DNA from: Catajapyx aquilonaris
Lineage: Eukaryota
Assembly: GCA_000934665.2 (NCBI GenBank)
Contig: JYFJ02000987.1
Coordinates: 1 to 64,000, forward strand
DNA length: 64,000 bases
Reading direction: 5' to 3'
This document shows, one piece after another, positions 1 to 10,201 of the stretch. The stretch's first letter is position 1. The number at the start of each line of letters is the position of its first letter. The position numbers and the translations under genes were made by a program. Below the pieces are notes generated by a model. That model did not search any database, was not told the origin of the DNA, and saw only the letters and a program-made list of their open reading frames with translations.

Positions 1-1690
1 AGGGGGGTATTTTCGATACCAAAGTTTGGCCAAACCAAGACTGCCACACTCGTGCCCTTTCACACACTTACGGTAATTCGCCGTACAAAGGTCGTGATGC
101 TCTCGAATTTCACTGGTACCAACATGGAAAGAAGTTATTGCGGGTCAAAATAAAAAACTGTATCTGGCCGCGGCGGCCGCAAACATCGCCCCAGGAGAAA
201 AATAAGGGCACCATCTCAAAGTGCAACTCTTTCGCGTCCATATACTCCAGTTTCAATCCGATACCTCCATATTTGCGGCCGTGACAGCGAGAGGAAGAAG
301 TGTCAAACTCACGGGCCGGCCCGCGACGGGCTACCCGCAACAATGAATAGCGTAGCCTAGAGCGCGCTCTTAATCTTACAATATTAGAAAAGCAAAAATA
401 CTCAAGCTGTCAGGCACAATTCTTGATGTACTCAAAACCTGACAAAAGTGCGAAAAACCGACCACTCCCCCCTTTTTTGCACAGAAATACGTATTTCAAA
501 GCGCACAAAATTGTAGGTCAATTAATGAGGCCCCCTAATTGTCAGGCAGAATTTTTTTAAATGGCTGTTAGACCTTGTCAATGAAGGGACACCTAGTCAA
601 CTCCACCCACGAAATATTGCACCTGGATGGTTTTAAAAATATGGAACATTATGTTTGGAAATAAAACACAACTAGTGACCTGGTTGATTTGGCAAAAGCC
701 ATGATCAGTATGGCAGTGACAATTAAAGAATAAAGTGCAGAAGTAAGCAAGTCGCGATCAAGCAGGTGGTGCCCTGAACGGAGGAATTGGGAATTCCGTG
801 GAACTGTTGTATTCGTCGTAGTTTTTTAGTTTGACAAAGTCCCTTGGCACGATTTCCAAAAATCGAAAGTGGTTTGCAATTGTAGAAAATTCAGGTAAAA
901 TTTTGACACACCTACCAATGCTGTAGGCCCTACGGTGCGGGAGGCGTATCAGGAACAGTAGGGTATTAATAATATAGATTGTCATAAATCTGTCTTCAAG
1001 TGCTGGTCTTTATCATTTTGACTGGCAGAAGAAACTAAACTGGTTTACTGATTTACTGATTTACGTGTTTAATTAGGAAATTAGCACCATCCTCATGTAG
1101 GCATAAATGAAACCAGAAAACTGGGACTCCCAGGATGTTTATCTGGGAAATATCTCTCTCCTACACCTTTCTTAGTGACAGCATTGTGCATTGTTAGCTC
1201 TCTGGTCAGGGAGGAAAAAATTACAGAAAATCCAGGCAAGCATGAACAAAATGTCAACATGAGCTGGACTGGCCAATGATGAAAGAGTCCATTCCATGGG
1301 TGTTCTCTGCTGAAGCAGAATCATACTCCAGAAAAATCCACATTAAGTTTCCTTGAAAACAGAACTTCTGCCAAATATTTCTCCAAAACAGTATCCCACA
1401 CAATGTGAAGGGTTTCCCCTTCATACATGCTGATTACGTTACTCCTGAGGATAATAAATCCTTCGTCACATACCAACAGTTCAAATTAGTCAGTGATTCT
1501 CACAGTGCGTCAGCTTTAGTTTTGGAATCATATTGCAATGTAAATAAATAACAGTGCCAAACTCCAGATGGTGTGGATGCACAAGAAATTAACCTCAGTA
1601 AACAAATTCATACAATTAATGAATAAAAGTTGTGCTAATCCCCATACAGATGGAGAAGCCTGCGAGAACATTTTAAAGAGGCAGACCATA

Positions 1691-2111
1691 TGAGGGACAT
1701 TCATAAAGTTTGTACCTTCGCTTTGAAGGAAAAGAGAGAAACGGTTCAAATTGCACACATGCATTAGTCCTTCTCTCTATTTGAACCCTGCAGAGGCACA
1801 TATTTGTACCAGCGATGGACGACATGTAGGACACAATCATCGTCGAAGGTGACACGTTGTGCTTGAAAAATGTTTTCAACCTCTGTTGTTGTCCATGGTG
1901 GGGGGCACTTTTGTTTCTCCCATGACCGGCTTGGGAGCACAACATGTCAATTTCAACAATGATTGTGTCCTATGGGTCGTGCATCGCTGGCACAAATGTG
2001 TGGCTCTGCGGGGTTCAAACAGAGAAAAGAAGGACTAATGTATGTGTGCAATTTGAACCCTTTCTCTCTATTCCTTCAAGGCGATGGTACGAACTTTATG
2101 AATGCCCCTCG
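1691..2111. mobile_element. Mariner-type MITE / foldback element with ~170 bp inverted arms
   Basis: 1691-~1863 is the imperfect reverse complement of ~1936-2111. Ends are (T/C)GAGGG(A/G)CATTCATAAAGTT, resembling mariner CGAGGG-type TIRs. TA flanks both sides (1689-1690, 2112-2113). Confidence 0.85.
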
Positions 2112-2308
2112 TATGAAAGCAAGTGAAGGAACTAAAGTAGTAAGCAAGTGAAGATCGATTTCATAGGAAAAGGACACCTACTCAAATGAAAATAAGGTAG
2201 AAAAGGATGTGGCAAATGTGAGGCAGGAAAAAGAAGTCCTGCACTTATAAAAATGTACTGTATATCATTTTTCTATCTTTTACATAACAGAGAACAGTTA
2301 AGTACAAC

Positions 2309-3507
2309 CTGTAGTAGGTGGAAGTGTACTCCTGAGAACCAACTGAAGGAGGTTGTAAATGATCTCTGGTACCCTCAGTTTCTTGGCCCCTTCTTCTCCA
2401 GGGCAGAGCCCAAACAGTTTGTGCAGAAGTTGCAGAGATAGGCTGCGAACCTTTGCTGTTTTTGCATTGAGAACCAGATCCATACACCTCACCTGGAAAA
2501 AATAGCAATTGCACCAAATAATTGATGGTAATGGAAGAAATGACAATACAAGACTGCTGTTTGGTACACGACACCTAATAATAATAATAATAATAATAAT
2601 AATCATAATAATAATAATAATAATAATAATATAATAACTGGGGTAGTGCTTTCACCCCCAACTGGGGGTATATCACACATTCCTTTATTATTGTTATTAT
2701 TATTTTTTTGACACCTAATAATAAGGACATCTGGTAAGCAGACTGTTTGGTGGCCAGCCAAGTGGGAGGTTGGGGGTTTTAAATCCTTGCTCCAGAGACC
2801 TTCACTTGGTCAAATATTTCCTGCATTTACAACAATGTGTCCAGGAACACTGGCTCTCCTAACTCTGACCAGCGCCATCGACATTGATCAGATGATTTTA
2901 AGACCTTCCAAAAGAATTCGGAAAAGGTTTGTGTATGTTTGCAAATGTTTCCCTCCCCAATTCCCATAATATTTGCAATCAAAGGTAGTAACACAGATTC
3001 CAGCCAAATCATATGTCTATCCAATTTTACCCCTGGTATTTCAAAAGCCATCGGCTAGGAATAGTGTCAGTAACCTTTATATCGGGTGCGTACTGAGCGA
3101 GGTGCCTCTGGTGGCCCAGTGTCCACTGCCCCAGGAGGAACTGCAGCACCTTCTCCTGCGCATCCTTCAGCTGTCCTCCCCACTCCCGGGTCACCTGCAG
3201 GAAGTGCAACAATCCTCCTCGCTCCGAGCCCACGACTAAGGTTAAGCTCCATCCTGTAAGTAGTGAACAAGGAATTAGTGTACCTTACAACTCTCTCCTG
3301 CATTTCAAAAGCAATGAAAGATCCTTATGGCGAGGCCAAGTGACCTTGCTCGTATGGGGTGAGGGGCGAGTCGAAGTACTTCTCCAGCCTGTCGAGCACT
3401 GCCCCGGTGGCTCCAGAGAGGGACTCCCTCCCTCCCGGATCCCTGGCCGCCTTCTCGCACAGGTCCCCCAGTTCCTGCACGTCCTTCTCCAGCCGTTTAT
3501 GCGCCAT
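2309..3507 (-). CDS. PRKDC: DNA-dependent protein kinase catalytic subunit-like, N-terminal three coding exons (3' partial)
   Basis: Exons 3507-3345, 3253-3075 and 2492-2309 join in frame through GT-AG introns (phases 1, 0, 1). Translation includes MAHKRLEKD..., GWSLTLVVGSERGGLLHFLQ...AQEKVLQFLL...LAQYAPDIK and VRCMDLVLNAKTAKVRSLSLQLLHKL...LPPTT. This is colinear with the human DNA-PKcs N-terminus as I recall it (SLVFSRDFGLLVFV...REEILKFL...IAPYSVEIKNTC...RAAKCKIPALDLLIKL...IPDT). No further exon found between 1 and 2308. Confidence 0.8.
2585..2709 (-). mobile_element. 5'-truncated retroposon (SINE/LINE 3' end) with (TTA)n tail and 15-bp target-site duplication
   Basis: GACACCTAATAATAA is directly repeated at 2570-2584 and 2710-2724. 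The insert on the minus strand (AATAATAAAGG...TGATATACCCCCAG...GGTGAAAGCACTACCCCAG then (TTA)n) aligns with the 3' end of the SINE at 23937-24197. Confidence 0.75.
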
Positions 3508-3990
3508 CACTGACAGTATAGTCACTAGTCAGCGGACAGCGTGCGGTACCCGCGCTGGACAAGACAGAACCTGCAACCGGCCAAGTGCCAACCACCGCCA
3601 GCCAACCGCTGCTCGCCGGCACGAGCCCGTTCACGTCGCGTCCATTCAAAAAATAACGTCGTCACCCGGTCGCTGCGCGCGATGGGACGTAGAGCAAGTC
3701 AAGTAGCGCACATTTACGTCGTATGGTCCAAGGAACAGTGGTATCGTTATATTATACTCTGTGAGTGGTATGGTCCTCTTCTTCCTGGTATGGTATCAAT
3801 GGTCAGGAAATTGATACTAACAGCTTGCTAACAGCGCGGCTATTGCAAATCGCGTCTCACCACGTTCCAGAGCGAGTAAGTTCTGAACGCACCCTGCGTC
3901 CCATCAGCTGATGACCGGTGTCCCCGTGGGTGTCCTGCCTGCATGGCTGCATGATTGTCAGTTGGGCAGAGGTAGGCGACCGACGGACGA
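3508..3990. promoter_or_regulatory. Putative bidirectional promoter and 5' UTRs between PRKDC-like and POMGNT2-like genes
   Basis: Only 483 bp separate the divergent ATGs. The interval is CpG/GC-rich compared with neighbouring introns. GTATGGT occurs three times (3721, 3768, 3788). Confidence 0.6.
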
Positions 3991-5535
3991 ATGTGGCGGG
4001 TCTGCTTCCTGGCCTTAGCATGCGCCATTCTCTGCGGTGTGCTCTGGCCGTCGGAACGGGAGTCCAGCCTGACCGTCACCTCATCTGTTTGGTGCAGGGA
4101 AGGTGTGGTCACGTCATGCCGATTCCACAACCTCTGCTACTTACCCGAGTCACGGGCATTTGCAATGTTCCTCTCCATGGACTCCACTCTGTCTCTGCCG
4201 CACCCAGATTTGCTCAACAGGATTCCGCTCTCCTCCGTTGCAAATCACACGGCAATGGACGTGCCACTAGTGACCCTGCCATCACATGCCTCATCTACTA
4301 TGCAGTTTGACTATTACGATGATCCTGTTTTTCTCATGTGGAGGTTCAAATCTGACAATATACTTCATGCCCTACATGACGATCTAATGCCACTGTTTTT
4401 TGCGTATGAAGAACTGGGAAGCACTTACACGCTTGTTGTTGCAGATGAACAGCCACCAGGGCAGTATTTTGAGCTCTACGGACATTTCTCAAGAAGCAAA
4501 CCACTTTTCCTGCATCAGGTGAAAGCCCCAGTGTGCTTCAGACATTTGCAGACTGGTCTTAGTGTCCGTAGCATTGTGTACCAGTATGGATTTGGGAGTG
4601 TGCATGGCCCCATAGAGGACGTACGGATTCATGCAGGTGACTTGAAACGTTTCACCAGGTTTGTTCTATCCAAATTGGGAATTGCACCAAGTGAGGGGGG
4701 GAAAATATCATTTGTGCAACGTTTGCACAACCGACGAATTTTAAATGAGGACCAAGTTTTGGAAGTGGTGCAAAAGGCATATCCTAATCATGATGGAGTC
4801 ATCAAACTGGAGTCAGAGGGCAAGATATCTGAACTTGTTGCCTCTGTTGCTGCATCAAAAATGATGATTGGGATGCATGGTGCTGCCCTTGCTTTAAGCA
4901 TATTTTTACCACCTAATGCAACGTTAATTGAACTGTTTCCATACGGCATAGGTGCACATGTGTCACCATACAAACCATTGTCATTGTTGCCTGGTCGAGA
5001 GGTACACTACAAATCGTGGATGACACCAAGAGAGTCAGACTCTGTAGGATATCCTAATGCTGCGCCTGAGGTTGGGGGCATTGCACACTTGCCTGAAGAA
5101 ACTCAACAGGAGATTCTACAAACCAAAGTTATACCTCCAGTGCATTGTTGTCACAACCCAGCATATATGTTTCGCATGTATCAAGATACGGTTGTGGACC
5201 TTCACTCTTTCCGGGAAATTTTAGTGCAAAAACCCAGACCAAGTGTCCATGACCCAATGGTTTCGTGGTTAATCCCAAGTGTAGTGTTAAATTTGCACTG
5301 TCAGATTGTTAATTACAGTGCCTCAGCAAATTGGACACAACCAGTCAATGCTCTGTATCTTCCAGATGTAACTTATGATGTTGTAATACGTGTTGGAAAT
5401 TTTGATGTGAATATTTCGACAAAGCAGACTACTGTATCGTTACCATCCATTCCTGAAAATAGCAGAGTGGATGTGTGGGTAGCATGTGTGAGTAGAGAGG
5501 TGAAAAGTCGTGACTCATGGACAAGGTGTGATTGA
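3991..5535 (+). CDS. POMGNT2: Protein O-linked-mannose beta-1,4-N-acetylglucosaminyltransferase 2-like (GT61 family), single coding exon, 514 aa
   Basis: N-terminal signal-anchor. Motifs CRFHNLCY, FKSDNILHALHDDLMPLF, GMHGAALALSIFLPPNATLIELFPYGI and HCCHNPAYMFRMYQDTVVD match POMGNT2/GTDC2 rather than EOGT. C-terminal FN3-like beta region (SANWTQPVN...YDV...VDVWVAC). AATAAA at about 5737 and 5819. Confidence 0.9.
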   Translation: MWRVCFLALACAILCGVLWPSERESSLTVTSSVWCREGVVTSCRFHNLCYLPESRAFAMFLSMDSTLSLPHPDLLNRIPLSSVANHTAMDVPLVTLPSHASSTMQFDYYDDPVFLMWRFKSDNILHALHDDLMPLFFAYEELGSTYTLVVADEQPPGQYFELYGHFSRSKPLFLHQVKAPVCFRHLQTGLSVRSIVYQYGFGSVHGPIEDVRIHAGDLKRFTRFVLSKLGIAPSEGGKISFVQRLHNRRILNEDQVLEVVQKAYPNHDGVIKLESEGKISELVASVAASKMMIGMHGAALALSIFLPPNATLIELFPYGIGAHVSPYKPLSLLPGREVHYKSWMTPRESDSVGYPNAAPEVGGIAHLPEETQQEILQTKVIPPVHCCHNPAYMFRMYQDTVVDLHSFREILVQKPRPSVHDPMVSWLIPSVVLNLHCQIVNYSASANWTQPVNALYLPDVTYDVVIRVGNFDVNISTKQTTVSLPSIPENSRVDVWVACVSREVKSRDSWTRCD

Positions 5536-5980
5536 CTTATTGGGTGAAAAGGTGCCGCAGGGTAATGCCAATTTCTCTATTATTGGGAAACAACATGCCA
5601 ATTATTCCTACATGCCATTCCCTCTGCCAAAATGCTTTAGAACTTGCAGAGAGGAATCTTGTCCACAGACTGCACCGGTACCTGTAATTGATACACAATT
5701 TTCTGTGCCGTAAAAATACTGCATTGTAAGTTAGGAAATAAAATAACCTGTCTCAGCCATGATGCATTCAGCACACACCAGTCAACATGCTGAGTTTTAA
5801 ATAATACAAACAAAGTGAAATAAAATAGTGGTATATTTCTCCATTACACAGAGTGTAAAGAACTTAGTGGCACAAATCAGCGTAGTCTGGGTCAGTGTGA
5901 CATGATGTTCATGGGGACAAGATTGATACATAGGCACCCCCAAGTATAATTAATTGATGAAGAGATGGTCACTTGGGGAA

Positions 5981-8900
5981 CTACAGGTGCCGCATTTTTG
6001 TCACTAGAGACTCTTTGGCCTTTTGCAATGCGCTCATCCTCCTGGCAAACTGTAATAAAAAAACGCAAAATTAGAATTTTGGATTTAGATGACTTCAGAA
6101 TATTTGAAAATGGAATATTAAGGGAAATATTCATATGATCAGGTCTGATAAAAATCATTATTGGCAGCTGTGCAGTGAAACACCTCCCCCATCCACTTGA
6201 TCCCATTGCAACATGACGGTCAAGGCATATTCCCATCTAGACACTCAACACATATGCAAAGGCTGAACCACTTATATTGACTAATAAGTGTTTCTTACTT
6301 ATATTAATTTTTAATAAACTGCCACCATTTTCAACAAATTAGGGCGCACTAGCTTGGTGCTTGATACTGATTTGAAAGTTTGCTATCCTTTTAAGTGTGA
6401 ACATATTATTTGAAGTTCTGCATGGAATTAAGCTTTACTTCTATTAAGTTAGAATAATTACAAGGATTACATCAACCACCTTACCTCTTCCTTTTGACGT
6501 TCATGTCTGGCCGTGAGTTGTGCTAAGGTTGTGGGTCTGTCTCCCCTAGACTCCTCCTTGCTTTGGCGATTCTCCATAATTTTCTTCCAGATTTTATCCA
6601 AGTCCATTTTGAGCCCTTTCATCTCAGCTTTAATAGCATTTTTGCTTGGAGACACTTTGCACTTGCATCGGGACACGTCAATCTTACACATTAGCCGCCG
6701 GAGAGATTCCGTCAATGTCTTAACCTGCTCTTGACACTTTTCAAGTTTTTGGTCACGGCGATGACCATGAGAATGGGCCTCGTGCAGTTTCATCCTAGTC
6801 ATTTTCAACTGCAAAAGAGTAATGCTAAGTATCATCAGGAGTATCACTGAACTAATTATTCATCCTCAATGGAGCTGGATGACCTGCTGTAAAGGGAATA
6901 CAGGAAGTCCCCAGTTTACTAACAACCTAACCTGACTTACGGCGGTCCATACTCCAATGTCTCCCCATAAGGATAACTTGTAATTATCCCTCCATTCTCA
7001 ATCACTTCTACTTATGGTGACTGACAGACACCAAGTTCAACATAAATACTGTGTCATTAATAAATTATTTGGGAACTACCTTCCACGCATGTAAATATAC
7101 CTGCGTGGCATAAGCAGTTTGTTGGCACAGAATCTTTACACTACTGGCTATTATTATTACTGTATGTGCACTGTTCATCAGGGATCTGAGTTATGTACAG
7201 ATTAGACTTATGTTCTCAGAAACAAATCCCCATTCATAGACTGACATCTATCATACTATGATTTAGCCAGTTAAGGAATACTGTAGGTCAAAATTATTTA
7301 GTTACAATCTTGGGAAACTACTAACTAAAAATTCAGTATGTCTAATTTTTATTATCAAACTTGACGCAGTATACAGTATAATTGCAGAACACTATCTAAA
7401 AATGACTGTAATATTGGTGCCTCAATGTTGTTCTATGGAAAAAGTTGTAAACACGACCTGCCTTGCAAAAAGCTTGGTTGTAATCTGCTTTTTTTAAAAA
7501 TGTGCATGCATTTACGTACATAGCTATACTTATTGTCCTATTTAAGTGTCATATTTAGGTATATTTAAGTTTTCTGTTTGGAATATGTAAGGATGAGGGA
7601 TATCCCAGCATGTAGGTGCACTGGACATAGAGAACGTTTGCTTAAAATATGACATATCACCAATCGTCACCAATATTGTACTGTACCTGTTCTTGGGTTT
7701 GGGCACACTGTTCTTTCATATGAAACACAGAACGGGTCCTGGAAACTTGTTTGCCAACATTCTGAAATTCCTTCTCCATGTGATGGACCTTATTCATCAC
7801 ATCCTCCACCAGATTTGTATCAGTTTGAGGCTGAAGAACATGCAAGGAATTGTACTGATTAAAGAGGGATAAAGGGCTTCATCAATACAATAGAGGTTAG
7901 TACACCATTGTTACACATCTGAGATCATGTGTTTGGTTCCTGAATCAGACAAATGGATTTTCTCATGTGGAAAAGAGGTATGATAGGTCATGCATTCTCT
8001 TGGGTTTTCTGAATTCTCCTATTTCCTCTTATGACCAAAACCCAGTTGTAGCAGCACATCAATATATTAATTCAAGATATGGATGAGAATCCCCAAGAGG
8101 CCATGGACCTATCACAGGGTAACCAATGATCCTGATTACAGAAAACAGATCTTTGCATAACTCAGACAGCCTGTAAGCCTAAGTGTCTTAGGGCCTTGGA
8201 ATGATAACACGAATAGCTATCCGCCCATATTACTTCCCTTCATTCCATATTTCACAGCATTTTAATCAGTACAAGCAAGAGCTCTTGGTAACAGGGAAAC
8301 TCTCCAATGAGGTATATAGCTACCCGTAACATTTGTAGTTGTTATTTTGTTCATGACTCTTTGCAAACATAACTGAGATTTCTTCACAACAAAATTGTCT
8401 AAAAAATGATAATTGCACATTCTGAATGTCTCCAATTGCAATGCTTTTTTTTTTGTTCTGTACGTTTCGATGTATGGCAATTTTAGGTCCTTGATGCTCA
8501 TTGCTCAAAGATTATTAATAGTACCTCTGTCATCTTCTTTGCCAGGGCCAGTTTCAGGTTCTGGATACATTTGAGATGCCTGGTGATGTGAGAGGCCTTC
8601 ACACTGATGTCATCACTGAGAGTCATCAACTCGGATTGCAGCCTTTTGATTTCACTGAATGAAGGAAATAATTATAATGCTGATTAAGTTATGACCCCTA
8701 ATGAGAATTTCAATGTTAGGTCATATTTTTAGACATACAGTGTAAACAAAATTTCAAAAAAATAATAAATTATAATTTATTGCTAGGTTGAACAGTCAAC
8801 ACAGATGATATAACCAGAATTTTTAATGGATGCTGTTCATCGTCGGCACCAATTCATACAGAATGGATAGCATTCGTTAAATCCTGGGTAGATAATCTGC

Positions 8901-10201
8901 TTCATGGTGAAATATGACCTAAATGATACAATGCAGGTTAATTTTAAAAGCCTCACGTCTCCTTCTCAATTAGAATCTTCGCTTGCTCATCTTTAATCTT
9001 CCAGATCTGTTGCATCTCTCTTTCCAGTTTTTTCCCTTTCTGGTCCCTGTCCGCTAGTGCCAGCTGCATCTCTTCCCAATCATTATCACGCCTGAGGGAT
9101 CTCCTGCAAGAAAGAGAACTGTAGGAATGTTAAATTTTGTATGAAGTTATCTCGAAGAATCTAATTCCCACCTGCGAGTGTGGTCTCTCAATTCCGCTAT
9201 CTGATGCTCTGAAAGGGTTCTGAACTGGAGGTCATCAAAGTCCCAGTGCCCTGTGGTCAGGATGGTCTTTAGGCGGTTCAAGATCAGATGCAGATCATGG
9301 ACCACATCTCCTTTGCTCCTAAGCATCTGGCTCATATCCTTCCTTTCCACCTGAATTGTGTGTAATATTATTTTAAACTTCAAAAGGTTTGCCAGCATCA
9401 ATCCCATTCATATGACAAAGCACAGTCATTCATCTTAACCCACAACAACCACCACGTAGGGCATCATGATGTGGGAATGTGTATAGAAAAAGGCCACTTG
9501 CTCTGCACCCTACCCAAGCCCTACCTGACACCTCTGCCATTCCTCCTTGAGATGTTTGCTTTCCACTTCCAACGCCTGTACCCTCTTCCTGTAGGCACCA
9601 GAGAGAGCCTCTTCCTTCCCTACCTGCCCCAGTAGTTGCTGCACTTGTAATTCAGACATCCTCTGAATGTCCTCCAGGTTAGTCAACAGCAGCTCATTCT
9701 GCTCCTCCAAGTCCTTGACCCACTCTTGATAGGCAAGGACAAGTCTATCCTGGGCAATCGGACTGCATGACTGCTCAATGACTTGGATTCTTTCTCTACA
9801 TGCATTGTTAAATTCCTTAAAAAGAGCAGCCTGACCAACCACCCCTTGCTGTAGTTGTTGTTCCCCATTGCATTCACACGCAACTTCTTCATGATTTTGG
9901 TTCACAGCATTTGACTCTTTAGACAAATGAACCTTCAGTTGATTTAACTTTTTCTCTGTAGATTTTACCTAGAATCAGATTCATTACAAGGTAATTTAGA
10001 CATGTATTAGTCACAATCTACATGGACAGTACTCATGACAATGAAACAAAATAAATACAAAAAAAATGGAATTCTCCAGGCTGATGAATATAACTTAACA
10101 ATAGTTTTGTTGAGGTATTATTCAATGTAACTTCTAGTCACACTTACTAAGCCATTGAAAATGTGGATTTTCTCATCCATGCTTTCATTCCGAGTAGACA
10201 T
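5981..10201 (-). CDS. Uncharacterised coiled-coil protein, 8 exons, 496 aa
   Basis: Exons 10201-10148, 9968-9525, 9350-9172, 9103-8957, 8654-8525, 7830-7687, 6808-6485, 6049-5981. All introns are GT-AG and phase-compatible; total 1491 nt from ATG (in-frame stop upstream) to TAG. E/K/Q/L-rich helical sequence such as YQEWVKDLEEQNELLLTNLEDIQ and EIKRLQSEL, plus a GHWDFDDLQF segment. No family recognised. Confidence 0.8.

Noticed and set aside
1..640. ORF 110-343 and transposon-like sequence at the window edge
   Set aside because: The peptide is not protein-like. The DNA resembles a non-autonomous DNA element, but no TIR pair or TSD can be shown inside the window.
1378..1395. Minus-strand peptide DTVLEK, identical to a stretch of human DNA-PKcs as recalled
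   Set aside because: That position is already covered by exon 3 (PPTT), there is no phase-compatible acceptor, the flanks do not align, and a stop follows within about 20 codons.
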